DNA of 32,000 bases. Source: Bdellovibrionales bacterium (GTDB lineage: Bacteria > Bdellovibrionota > Bdellovibrionia > Bdellovibrionales > UBA1609). This document shows, one piece after another, positions 8,562-16,580 of this stretch. The first letter of the stretch is position 1; every line of letters begins with the position of its first letter. The notes below the pieces were generated by a model. It had not been told where the DNA came from and did not search any database. It saw only the letters and a list, made by a program, of their open reading frames with translations. The stretch is from contig OZ252021.1 of NCBI GenBank assembly GCA_965247685.1, positions 510,001-542,000 on the forward strand, in the 5' to 3' direction. Made by a program: the position numbers and the translations under genes.

Positions 8562-8974
8562 AAATCTTCCTTGGGAAAAAACAAGGCAAGTTCTCTATAT
8601 GCACTCGATAAAGAATCGCTACCATGAATCGCATTTTGTTCTACATGGCTTCCATATAAAGCTCGAATGGTGGAAGCATCTGCCTTTTTAGGATCAGTAG
8701 CACCTATCACCTGTCTTAAATGAGCACAGGCATTTTCACGACAAAGAGCTAAAGCCACCACAGGTCCAGAAGTAATAAATTCTATGAGAGAAGAAAAAAA
8801 CTCTCGATCTTTGTGTTCGGAGTAAAATACTTCACAAAAATAAGGATTAAGCTTCATTTTTTTTATTTTTATAAATTCAAAACCTTCATTTTCTAAATGA
8901 CTTAAAATAGCTCCTAACTTTTTATTCTTAAGAGAATCTGGTTTAATCATACAAAAAGTCACTTCCACGTTCAT
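8558..8974 (-). CDS. ndk: Nucleoside diphosphate kinase
   Basis: 138 aa with FCMIKPDS and the active-site His motif NAIHGSDS. SD AAAGGAAG lies upstream. Confidence 0.92.
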   Translation of the reverse strand: MNVEVTFCMIKPDSLKNKKLGAILSHLENEGFEFIKIKKMKLNPYFCEVFYSEHKDREFFSSLIEFITSGPVVALALCRENACAHLRQVIGATDPKKADASTIRALYGSHVEQNAIHGSDSLSSAYRELALFFPKEDF

Positions 8975-9087
8975 AGAATTCTTCCTTTAAAAAGATAAAC
9001 ACCTAGGTTTTTATATTTGAAAATAAAGAAGGAATCAAACGAAAATCGAAGTGAAAGGGTAAAGATCTTTATAAAAAACAAATGAAA

Positions 9088-9960
9088 TTAAGTATTTAAA
9101 ATTTCAAAAGTTTTTTGACCAATTTCAGTTGGAGAATCCACAATATGGCAGCCCGCTTGACTTAAAGCTTTTAATTTTGCTTGGGCTGTACCTTCTCCTC
9201 CACTGACTATAGCCCCTGCATGCCCCATTCTTTTCCCTTTTGGAGCACTTTTTCCAGCAATGAAAGCAATAACGGGTTTGTTGAACTCATTTTTTATATA
9301 TTCTGCTGCTTCTTCTTCTGCACTTCCACCAATTTCACCAATCATAACAACTGCTTTTGTTTTTTTATCCTCTTTAAAGAGCTTTAAAATGGAGATAAAC
9401 TCACTTCCTGCAATAGGATCTCCTCCGATTCCTACACAAGTACTTTGCCCTAAACCAAGCTCTGTAAGCTGCCAAACCGCTTCATAAGTTAATGTACCAG
9501 AGCGGGATAAAACCCCCACACAGCCGGGTTTATGAATATAACCAGGCATAATCCCAATTTTACATTCTCCTGGAGTAATCACGCCTGGACAATTAGGCCC
9601 TACTAGACGACTTTTACTTTGAGATAGAACCTGCTTTACTTCCAACATATCTAAAACAGGAATTCCTTCGGTAATACAAATAATACATTCTACTTCTGCA
9701 TCAATAGCTTCTAAAATAGAGTCTTTTGCAAAAAGTGGAGGAACATAAATCATAGAAGCTGTTGCTTCAGTTTGTTGAACAGCCCTGCGAACACTATCAA
9801 AAACAGGCAGGCCTAAATGGGTCGTTCCCCCTTTTTTAGGAGTGACACCTCCTACAAGCCTAGTTCCATAATCTAAGGCACCTTGAGAATGAAAAGTGCC
9901 TTGACGGCCTGTAAAACCTTGGCACAGAACTTTTGTATTTTTATCAATTAATATAGACAT
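9088..9960 (-). CDS. sucD: Succinyl-CoA synthetase alpha subunit
   Basis: [33 protein letters not shown] and the phosphohistidine motif GHAGAIV. I place the start at the ATG at 9960-9958, 1 nt after the sucC stop. The track's 9990 start is an extension into sucC. Confidence 0.93.
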   Translation of the reverse strand: MSILIDKNTKVLCQGFTGRQGTFHSQGALDYGTRLVGGVTPKKGGTTHLGLPVFDSVRRAVQQTEATASMIYVPPLFAKDSILEAIDAEVECIICITEGIPVLDMLEVKQVLSQSKSRLVGPNCPGVITPGECKIGIMPGYIHKPGCVGVLSRSGTLTYEAVWQLTELGLGQSTCVGIGGDPIAGSEFISILKLFKEDKKTKAVVMIGEIGGSAEEEAAEYIKNEFNKPVIAFIAGKSAPKGKRMGHAGAIVSGGEGTAQAKLKALSQAGCHIVDSPTEIGQKTFEILNT

Positions 9961-9961
9961 C

Positions 9962-11134
9962 TTACCTTTTAGTTTTATTTGTAAGCTCAATAATTTTTTG
10001 AGCTGCTGACTTTAAATCTCGAGCAGAAATAATATTCAGTTCAGATTTTTGAAGCAACACCTTGGCTTCTTCTGCAGAATTTCCTTCCAAACGAACCACT
10101 ACTGGTACTTTTAAATCTAACTTTCCGGCAGCCTGAATAATACCTTTTGCAATTAAATCGCAACGAACAATTCCTCCAAAAATATTAACCATAATACCTC
10201 TCACTTTAGAATCTTCTAATATAAATTGAAAAGCTGTTTGAATCCTTTGAGCATCTGCATCTCCGCCAACATCTAAAAAGTTAGCAGGCTCACCTCCAAA
10301 GAGTTGAATCATATCCATAGTCGCCATAGCCAGACCGGCCCCATTAACCATACAACCGATATATCCGTCTAAAGGAACAAAAGAAAAACCTTGAAGTTGA
10401 GCTTGAGAAGCTGGAGTTTTTAACTCTTCTTTACTTGGATAAGAAGCCCATTGAGAGTGCCTGTATTGAGCATTAGAATCTAAACTCACTTTTGCGTCTA
10501 AAGGAACAAGAGTTTTTTGTTGAGTCAAAATAAGAGGATTAATTTCTAATAGAGCGAGATCTTCTTTTAAAAAAAGAGCGTATAATATATCTATAAGTTT
10601 AAAGAACTCGGAACTTACTTCACGATCAAGTTTTAAAACATCCAAACACTGTCTCTTTTGAAAATCACAAATTCCAGACACAGGATGAATGTTAATACGT
10701 ACTATTTTTTGAGGAGCTTTCTCAGCTGTTTCTTCAATATCCATTCCCCCCTCAGAACTCACAACCAAACTGACACAATGTTTTTTCCTGTTCACCAGAA
10801 AAGCTATATAAAACTCTTTATCAATTTCAGCTGTCTCCTCAATTAAAATTTTATGAACTTTTTCTCCAGCTTCTCCTGTTTGAGGGGTCACTAAATTCAT
10901 ACCTATCATTTCTTGGCTTATTTTTTGAACTTCATCCATTGAGTGAGCAATACGAATACCCCCTCCTTTTCCCCGCCCTCCGGCATGAACTTGGGCTTTT
11001 AATACCCAAGAGGAAGAACCTAAACTTTTTGCTACTTGTAACGCTTCTTGAGAGCTCGAAGCGCAATTAGATTTTAAGGTAAAAATACTGTATTGTCTTA
11101 ACAAAGCTTTAGCTTGGTATTCATGAATATTCAT
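9962..11134 (-). CDS. sucC: Succinyl-CoA synthetase beta subunit
   Basis: [12 protein letters not shown]..., ATP-grasp [11 protein letters not shown] and the C-terminal CoA-ligase domain. The ATG at 11134-11132 overlaps the mdh stop (ATGA). The track start at 11140 is TTG. Confidence 0.93.
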   Translation of the reverse strand: MNIHEYQAKALLRQYSIFTLKSNCASSSQEALQVAKSLGSSSWVLKAQVHAGGRGKGGGIRIAHSMDEVQKISQEMIGMNLVTPQTGEAGEKVHKILIEETAEIDKEFYIAFLVNRKKHCVSLVVSSEGGMDIEETAEKAPQKIVRINIHPVSGICDFQKRQCLDVLKLDREVSSEFFKLIDILYALFLKEDLALLEINPLILTQQKTLVPLDAKVSLDSNAQYRHSQWASYPSKEELKTPASQAQLQGFSFVPLDGYIGCMVNGAGLAMATMDMIQLFGGEPANFLDVGGDADAQRIQTAFQFILEDSKVRGIMVNIFGGIVRCDLIAKGIIQAAGKLDLKVPVVVRLEGNSAEEAKVLLQKSELNIISARDLKSAAQKIIELTNKTKR

Positions 11135-12069
11135 GGACAAATCTCTTTTAACCGATCCTGATTATCTCGAATAGCTTTCACAGACTTTTGAAATTGCTGC
11201 TTCTCCTCGTCTGTAAGCGACGTTTCTATAACTTTTTCCACTCCCTGCCCACCTAAGAGACATGGGACTCCTATAAAAATATCCTTATATCCAAATTCAC
11301 CTTCTAATAAAACCGTGCAAGGTAAAATCCTTTTTTGATCAAATAAAATAGATTCGATCATTTCTGTAGCACCTCGAGCAGGAGCAAAATATGCAGAACC
11401 TGTTTGAAGAAGTTGAACAATCTCTCCTCCCCCTTTTTGGGTTCTTTCCACTAATTTTTTAATTTTTTCCAAAGAAAGCTCATCATAAATAGAGCGGCCA
11501 CCAATAAAAGTCTGACTTAAGACAGGGACCATGGTATCTCCGTGGCCTCCTAAAACCATCGTTTGAATGTCTTTAACGCTAACACCTAACTCCATTGAAA
11601 GAAAAGCTCTGAAACGAGCAGTGTCTAAAATACCTGCCATTCCTATAACTCTTTTTTTCTCGAAATTCAGTATTTTATAAGCCTGACAAACCATAGCATC
11701 TAAAGGGTTAGAGACAACTATCACAAATGCATGGGGAGCTTTTTCTTTTACCTGCTGACAAACAGTCGTCACAACTTGAGCATTAATTTGCAACAAATCA
11801 TCACGAGTCATACCTTTTTTTCTTGGTGAACCTGCTGTGATCACAACAAAATCAGAATCCCTAATATCTTCATAAGACTGAGTTCCTTGGACACAAACAT
11901 CCACGCCTTCCACAGCCAGAGATTGAAAAAGATCTAAAGCTTTTCCTTGAGCCATTTTCTCATTGATATCCAATAAGATAATATCCCCTAATTGTTTTAA
12001 AGCTATCCAGTGGGCCAAAGTAGAACCTACAAAGCCAGCTCCAATTATTGAAATCTTTTTTCTTTTCAT
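11131..12069 (-). CDS. mdh: Malate dehydrogenase (LDH-like family)
   Basis: MKRKKISIIGAGFVGSTLA Rossmann motif and GGHGDTMVP catalytic His region. The ATG is at 12069-12067; the track start at 12075 is TTG. Confidence 0.92.
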   Translation of the reverse strand: MKRKKISIIGAGFVGSTLAHWIALKQLGDIILLDINEKMAQGKALDLFQSLAVEGVDVCVQGTQSYEDIRDSDFVVITAGSPRKKGMTRDDLLQINAQVVTTVCQQVKEKAPHAFVIVVSNPLDAMVCQAYKILNFEKKRVIGMAGILDTARFRAFLSMELGVSVKDIQTMVLGGHGDTMVPVLSQTFIGGRSIYDELSLEKIKKLVERTQKGGGEIVQLLQTGSAYFAPARGATEMIESILFDQKRILPCTVLLEGEFGYKDIFIGVPCLLGGQGVEKVIETSLTDEEKQQFQKSVKAIRDNQDRLKEICP

Positions 12070-12233
12070 TACCAAGTCTCTTATCGCTCAAATATAAAGA
12101 TTACGTTCAAGCAAACATATTCGAGACATTTATAATTCTTTTTTATGAATTTCTCAAGCCTAACAAACCCCACATCTTCTTAAAATTATAAAAAGAGTGA
12201 GGTTATTAGGATGATATCTTTATTATTCGGTTA

Positions 12234-12665
12234 TTATTTCTTTCTCTTAGAAGATTTCTTCTTTTTTGCTACTTTTCTTTTTTTAGTAACTTTTTTCCTT
12301 TTAGTTGATTTTTTAGCAACTTTTTTCTTCTTTCTAGTTACTTTTTTTCTTTTTTTAGCAACCTTTTTCTTTTTAGCTCCTACTTTCTTTTTTCTTCTTA
12401 CAACCTTCTTTTTTGCTACTTTTCTTTTTTTAGTAGCTTTTTTCCTTTTAGTTGATTTTTTAGCAACTTTTCTTTTTTTAGTAGCTTTTTTCCTTTTAGT
12501 TGATTTTTTAGCAACTTTTCTTTTTTTAGTAACCTTTTTCCTTTTTGCTACTTTTCTTTTTTTAGTAACCTTTTTCTTTTTAGCTCCTACTTTCTTTTTT
12601 CTTCTTACAACCTTCTTTTTAGTTGACTTTTTGGCAACTTTTTTCTTCTTTCTTTTTACAGCCAT
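12234..12665 (-). CDS. Lysine/arginine-rich histone H1 / Hc2-like low-complexity basic protein
   Basis: 143-aa ORF made almost entirely of K, R, A, V, T and S (MAVKRKKKKVAKKSTKKKVVRRKKKVGAKKKKV...). A strong SD precedes it: GGGAGGAATACA then ATG (reverse complement of 12663-12679). It is internally repetitive at DNA and protein level. Confidence 0.7.
   Translation of the reverse strand: MAVKRKKKKVAKKSTKKKVVRRKKKVGAKKKKVTKKRKVAKRKKVTKKRKVAKKSTKRKKATKKRKVAKKSTKRKKATKKRKVAKKKVVRRKKKVGAKKKKVAKKRKKVTRKKKKVAKKSTKRKKVTKKRKVAKKKKSSKRKK
12431..12526 (-). repeat. Exact 48-bp tandem duplication inside the Lys-rich gene, with a diverged third copy from 12527
   Basis: 12431-12478 and 12479-12526 both read tagtagcttttttccttttagttgattttttagcaacttttctttttt on the + strand, a 16-aa unit of type KKRKVAKKSTKRKKAT. 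A second ~50-bp repeat (acctttttctttttagctcctactttcttttttcttcttacaaccttc...) occurs at ~12361 and ~12568, a 207-bp offset. Confidence 0.9.
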
Positions 12666-12791
12666 TGTATTCCTCCCTATTATTAAGTTCGTCCTTTCTT
12701 CAAGTCTGCCTGTTCATTCTTTAACCCGTCAAATAAAAAATCTGTTTTTAATTCCATTTTTAGGAAAATAAAGGGTATATAATTATAATTA

Positions 12792-13532
12792 ATGAGTTGG
12801 ATGAATAGTGTTCTTCTATTTTTACATTTGTGTTTTGGTCTGTGGTTTGCATACCGCACATATGCATTAAGATCTCAAAAAATCTTTTCCAGCTTTACAA
12901 TTAAATCTTGTATTTTCAGTTATTTACTTCTTCTTCTCTGGTCTGCCCAATGGAGTGTATTTCTCCTTATTTTAAGTATTTATATTCCTATTTTTCTTTT
13001 CTTAGTCATCGAATACATGCTGATCTACAAAAGATTCAAACTTTTCCAAAATCAATTCATTATTTTACTAGACTCTGTTATTGCTCGAATGAAAATGGGT
13101 TTAAGTTTTCGTGAATCTCTTGAATTAAGCATTGAACAAACTGAAAACTCGTGGATTAAAGAAAGTTTAAGAGAACTTCAAGATCGAGTGATTTATGCAC
13201 AAAATATAAATACTTTACCCCAAAGTTTTCGCCAGGCATTTTCCATCCTACAAAAAACTCATCAGGACCCTCATCAGCCACTCACCCGGCTTCAATATGT
13301 GAGAGATAATTTAAAAACTGAACTCATTTTTCAGAGAAAAGCTCATCAAGCTTTACTTCAAATTCGTATCCAATCCATGATAATGAGCCTCCTTTATCTA
13401 GGTGTTTTAATTTTTGTTATTGTTTATAGTGGCACTGAATTCATCCATTTAATATTATTATCTTTACTTTTATTTGTACTTGGATCTATTTGGATATTTG
13501 CTATGGGGAGAAAAATTAAATGGACACTTTAG
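12792..13532 (+). CDS. TadB-like membrane protein (single T2SS-F/GspF-type domain)
   Basis: 246 aa with N-terminal TM helices. The cytoplasmic segment FQNQFIILLDSVIARMKMGLSFRESLELSIEQ fits the start of the T2SSF domain (lp..ld.l...l.aG.s...al). LTRLQYVRDNLKTELIFQRKAHQ... is followed by two C-terminal TM helices. Recognised by motif only. Confidence 0.5.
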   Translation: MSWMNSVLLFLHLCFGLWFAYRTYALRSQKIFSSFTIKSCIFSYLLLLLWSAQWSVFLLILSIYIPIFLFLVIEYMLIYKRFKLFQNQFIILLDSVIARMKMGLSFRESLELSIEQTENSWIKESLRELQDRVIYAQNINTLPQSFRQAFSILQKTHQDPHQPLTRLQYVRDNLKTELIFQRKAHQALLQIRIQSMIMSLLYLGVLIFVIVYSGTEFIHLILLSLLLFVLGSIWIFAMGRKIKWTL

Positions 13533-13951
13533 CTCCACCTCTAAAGGCATTATTACAAATAAAATTAAAAATTCAGACAGGATTATCTACTCGAGAATCC
13601 ATTCGTGAATATGTAAAAGAGTCAATAAATTGTGATTTTGCTCAAAAAATAGAGCACTGGCTTTTTCAATTAGAGTCCCAAGAGACCCCTCATTTATCTC
13701 TATTTCAAACTCCTCATCAAAAAATGCTTATCGAAGTTTTAACACGAGGCTTAAATGGAGACGAAATTTTACAATCTTTAGGTGTTTTAGAGGATGAAAT
13801 GCTTGAGTTTTCACATCTGGAGTTGAATAAACAACTTAAAACTCTTCCATTAAAAACAATGATCCCATTACTTTTCTTGCAGTTACCGGCTTTTTTATTA
13901 CTATTTTTTGGACCCCTTCTTATAAAGCTGCTGAATAATTTAATCCATTGA
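13520..13951 (+). CDS. TadC-like short T2SS-F domain protein
   Basis: 143 aa, overlapping the previous gene by 13 nt. LKIQTGLSTRESIREYV resembles the aG.s...al motif. The C-terminus KQLKTLPLKTMIPLLFLQLPAFLLLFFGPLL matches the a.klp.k...PL..f..Pa......P pattern of TadC/GspF C-termini. Confidence 0.5.
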   Translation: MDTLAPPLKALLQIKLKIQTGLSTRESIREYVKESINCDFAQKIEHWLFQLESQETPHLSLFQTPHQKMLIEVLTRGLNGDEILQSLGVLEDEMLEFSHLELNKQLKTLPLKTMIPLLFLQLPAFLLLFFGPLLIKLLNNLIH

Positions 13952-13987
13952 TCACCATTTACTCCCTCTATTTGCATAACAAAAAAT

Positions 13988-14377
13988 ATGAAGTTTTTGC
14001 TTCTCACATCTTTGATGCTTACGAGTCTTTCTGAAGAGATTACTCAAGCTTCTTCTATTCTCAAAATAGAAGAAGTTAAGAAATTTCAGAAGAAACAAAA
14101 AACAATCTTATATGCCTGTTATTTACAGCTTCAATCCAATAAATTTCCAAAACATTGCTTTGAAAATAAAGTTTTTTATATTCAATTTCAAAAATATTTT
14201 GATGAAAAGTGTAAAGAAGCAGATTGGAATTCTCTTTATGAAATGTCCCAATTTTTAAAAAATAAAAATGTCAGTCCTTCTTGTTTAGAAAGAATTCAAA
14301 AATCTAAAAAAATCCACTTATACAAATCAAAAGATCAATTGATACGGGGGGCTCTTAAAAAGTATTTAGAAGATTAA
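13988..14377 (+). CDS. Small secreted Cys-containing hypothetical protein
   Basis: 129 aa with signal peptide MKFLLLTSLMLTSLS and four Cys. It is Lys-rich and has no recognisable family. Confidence 0.5.
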   Translation: MKFLLLTSLMLTSLSEEITQASSILKIEEVKKFQKKQKTILYACYLQLQSNKFPKHCFENKVFYIQFQKYFDEKCKEADWNSLYEMSQFLKNKNVSPSCLERIQKSKKIHLYKSKDQLIRGALKKYLED

Positions 14378-14508
14378 AGTAAAGAAATAAAGAGTCCAGC
14401 CCGCTTCAACAAAAAATTAATAGAAAAAAATTAAAGAATGAGTGTAATATTTTCACTTTTTTTAATAAAATTGACTAGGGATGTTATTTTTCATTAGATA
14501 TTAAGATA

Positions 14509-15567
14509 ATGAAGCTTCGTTCCAAATCTTCCATTTACAGTATTCAAAAAGTTTTTTCAGAAAATGAGCGAGCCACCGTATGCATGGCCTATAGAAAAAA
14601 TAAAGACTACCCATGGATTCGACAAAAAGTTTTACTTAAAATATTTAAAAAAAATTCTCGTCAATATCCTTTGGAGCTAGATTCTATTTTACAAGTCCGA
14701 TCTCCTTACTGTGTATCTGTCTTAAATTTTGAATCTATAGAAAATCACCCTTCTTTGATTTTAGAATGGTGTGACAGCCTCAACTTATTTCAATTGATTC
14801 GACAAACTTCAAAACTAGACCTTCTTGAAATTGCCTATATTTGCTTACAAGTCCAACAAGGGATTATAGATTTAAACCAGCAAGGAATCTGCCATGGAGA
14901 TTTAAGTTTATCTAATATATTAATCGATCGAAAAGGAAATATCCGCTTAATCGATTTTGGAAAAGCCAACTACTTGGGAGGTGAAATTTTTACAACCTCC
15001 TATTTTACAGCTCCTGAAATATTTAAAGGAGAAACCCCAAATTTTTATTCGGATTTATATTCTCTGGGAGTTTTGGAGAAAGTCTTAAATGAGAACCATA
15101 AATCATTTAAAAAAGAGCATAACTTCTCTCAAGAGGGAGATATATTACTTGATCCTATTCCTCAAAAAAGACGAAGGAAAGAATTTATTAATTATAAGAA
15201 AGCAAAAGAAACTCTAGCTTTCAAAGTAAATTCTATTTTAAGCCAGCAAGCCCTTATAGACTTAAGACGATCAAAACCTAAAAAATATCACCCCAGCATT
15301 CCGTATGTTTTGATATTGGCCAGTTTAGTCCTTATGACTGCCTTAGGCAGCGGGAGACGCCCTATTTATGGATCCATTCATGTTAGAAGCCATAAATGGA
15401 TGCATATTCAGCTAAAAAATAGGTCGAGCTTTACTCCATTTGAATCTGGACCTTTAAACTCTGGAAAATACCAACTTAAGTGGAGAACTGAAGCCCAAGA
15501 AGGAGTTAAAACAATCTACCTGAAAGAAAACTCCCATCTTCTTTTGACAGAAAAAGATTTCCTATGA
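14509..15567 (+). CDS. Membrane-anchored Hanks-type Ser/Thr protein kinase (non-RD, atypical glycine loop) with small extracytoplasmic beta-rich domain
   Basis: 352 aa. Catalytic loop CHGDLSLSNILI, DFG (LIDFGKA), APE (YFTAPE), subdomain IX SDLYSLGV, and candidate VAIK lysine in KVLLKIF. A TM helix IPYVLILASLVLMTALG is followed by ~75 aa (GSIHVRSHKWMHIQLKN...GKYQLKW), tentatively PEGA-like. Confidence 0.8.
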   Translation: MKLRSKSSIYSIQKVFSENERATVCMAYRKNKDYPWIRQKVLLKIFKKNSRQYPLELDSILQVRSPYCVSVLNFESIENHPSLILEWCDSLNLFQLIRQTSKLDLLEIAYICLQVQQGIIDLNQQGICHGDLSLSNILIDRKGNIRLIDFGKANYLGGEIFTTSYFTAPEIFKGETPNFYSDLYSLGVLEKVLNENHKSFKKEHNFSQEGDILLDPIPQKRRRKEFINYKKAKETLAFKVNSILSQQALIDLRRSKPKKYHPSIPYVLILASLVLMTALGSGRRPIYGSIHVRSHKWMHIQLKNRSSFTPFESGPLNSGKYQLKWRTEAQEGVKTIYLKENSHLLLTEKDFL

Positions 15568-15580
15568 AATAAAATTAAGA

Positions 15581-16375
15581 ATGTCTTCCTTTATTGAGTA
15601 TTTTTTTCTAGGTACACTCCAAGGTCTTTCAGAATTCTTGCCCATTTCAAGTTCTGGTCACTTATCTTTAGTGCAAGTTTTTTTAAAAACAAACCAGAAT
15701 TTTCTTTTCGTTATCTCTGCCCACTTTGGAACTTTATTTTCACTTATTATTTTTTATAAAAAAAACTTGATCTATATTTTTAAAAATATTTTAAAACCAT
15801 TTTCAAAAAATTTATTTTTAAAAATAACTGTGGGCTGCCTGCCTGTAATGACCGCAGGATTATTATTTTATGACACAATAAAAATATTGTTCAGCAGCTT
15901 GCCTGTTGTAGCTTGCGGTTTCGGCCTCACAGGTTTTTTTTTGATAGGAACAAAATGGATTCAAAAATCTAACCGAGAAGATAAAATAAATAGCTATGAT
16001 GAACTGGAAAATATTTCTTATAAACAAGCCTTATTTATGGGGCTATTTCAAACTATCTCTTTACTTCCAGGGTTTAGCCGATCAGGAATCACCACAGCTT
16101 CTGGAATATTGATTCGTATCCACCCTAGTCTGGCTTTGCATTTTAGTTTTTTAATGGGTGGTTTTGTGTTGCTTGCAGCAAGTCTTTTTGAGTTTTCTAA
16201 AACCAATGTTGAAGTATTTTTATCTGGACCGTTTATTATCACCTTTGTTTCTTCCTTTATTTTTGGTTACGGAGCTCTTAAAGTTATGAAGTCTTGGGTT
16301 TTTGAACTTTATAAAATAGGTATCTATCTCCTTTTTCTAAGTACTACCTTGTGGCTCCATATTATTTTTCTATAG
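15581..16375 (+). CDS. uppP: Undecaprenyl-diphosphate phosphatase
   Basis: 264 aa, polytopic membrane protein with the BacA signature GLSEFLPISSSGHL and the PGFSRSG motif. Confidence 0.92.
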   Translation: MSSFIEYFFLGTLQGLSEFLPISSSGHLSLVQVFLKTNQNFLFVISAHFGTLFSLIIFYKKNLIYIFKNILKPFSKNLFLKITVGCLPVMTAGLLFYDTIKILFSSLPVVACGFGLTGFFLIGTKWIQKSNREDKINSYDELENISYKQALFMGLFQTISLLPGFSRSGITTASGILIRIHPSLALHFSFLMGGFVLLAASLFEFSKTNVEVFLSGPFIITFVSSFIFGYGALKVMKSWVFELYKIGIYLLFLSTTLWLHIIFL

Positions 16376-16477
16376 AGAATTTGTTGCCATCTCTTAGTGT
16401 ATCTAAAATAAATCAAAGACTCTATATTGCATGAAAATATGGACTTAAAAGTTTTTTTGTAATACACCCTATAAAAA

Positions 16478-16550
<73 letters not shown>

Positions 16551-16580
16551 CACTCGCTCTTTTTTATAGATGATTTTAGA

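Noticed and set aside
9060-9071. Perfect 12-bp palindrome TAAAGATCTTTA between sucD and ndk, considered as a terminator or operator
   Set aside because: It has no loop, is entirely A/T-rich around a BglII-type core, and has no adjacent U-tract in the transcribed orientation. It is too weak to call.
9920-9936. TGGCAC-N5-TTTTG resembling a sigma-54 -24/-12 promoter, of interest because an EBP is encoded in the window
   Set aside because: The -12 GC dinucleotide is missing (TTTT instead of TTGC). The site lies inside sucD on the antisense strand with no downstream gene to drive. I found no convincing sigma-54 promoter anywhere in the window's intergenic regions.
9961-9990. N-terminal extension of sucD in the ORF track ([10 protein letters not shown]-), and similar extensions of sucC (11135-11140), mdh (12070-12075), sdhA (28632-28670), sdhB (30361-30609), the parvulin-like gene (26198-26251) and the SurA-like gene (25247-25252)
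   Set aside because: The extensions start at TTG or overlap the upstream gene. Canonical family N-termini ([40 protein letters not shown], signal peptides) begin at internal ATGs positioned right after the upstream stops.
12234-12665. Regularly spaced direct repeats that might suggest a CRISPR array or a minisatellite
   Set aside because: The repeats are contiguous 48-bp units in frame within one ORF. There are no unique spacers, no palindromic repeat core and no cas genes nearby.
12211-12771. 186-aa + strand ORF rich in F, L and T (FFLLVDFLATF... repeats) that could be read as a repetitive membrane protein
   Set aside because: It is the antisense shadow of the poly-lysine gene. AAA/AAG/AGA codons read as TTT/CTT/TCT on the other strand and contain no stops. 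The minus-strand ORF has a much better SD (GGGAGG, 6 nt, ATG) and belongs to a known protein class. Only expression data could fully exclude the + strand ORF.
13717-14007. 96-aa minus-strand ORF overlapping the TadC-like gene and the start of the next gene
   Set aside because: It is antisense to two better-supported + strand ORFs, has no SD and is lysine/asparagine-rich as expected from AT-rich antisense frames. Other internal or antisense track ORFs were rejected for the same reason: 2184-2384, 3183-3374, 5423-5635, 6656-6856, 9181-9487, 10658-10846, 12908-13114, 16048-16242, 17092-17274, 18148-18351, 20013-20776, 21793-21987, 23308-23520, 23940-24260, 26530-26745, 28579-28770, 28846-29214, 30390-30587 and 30967-31161.
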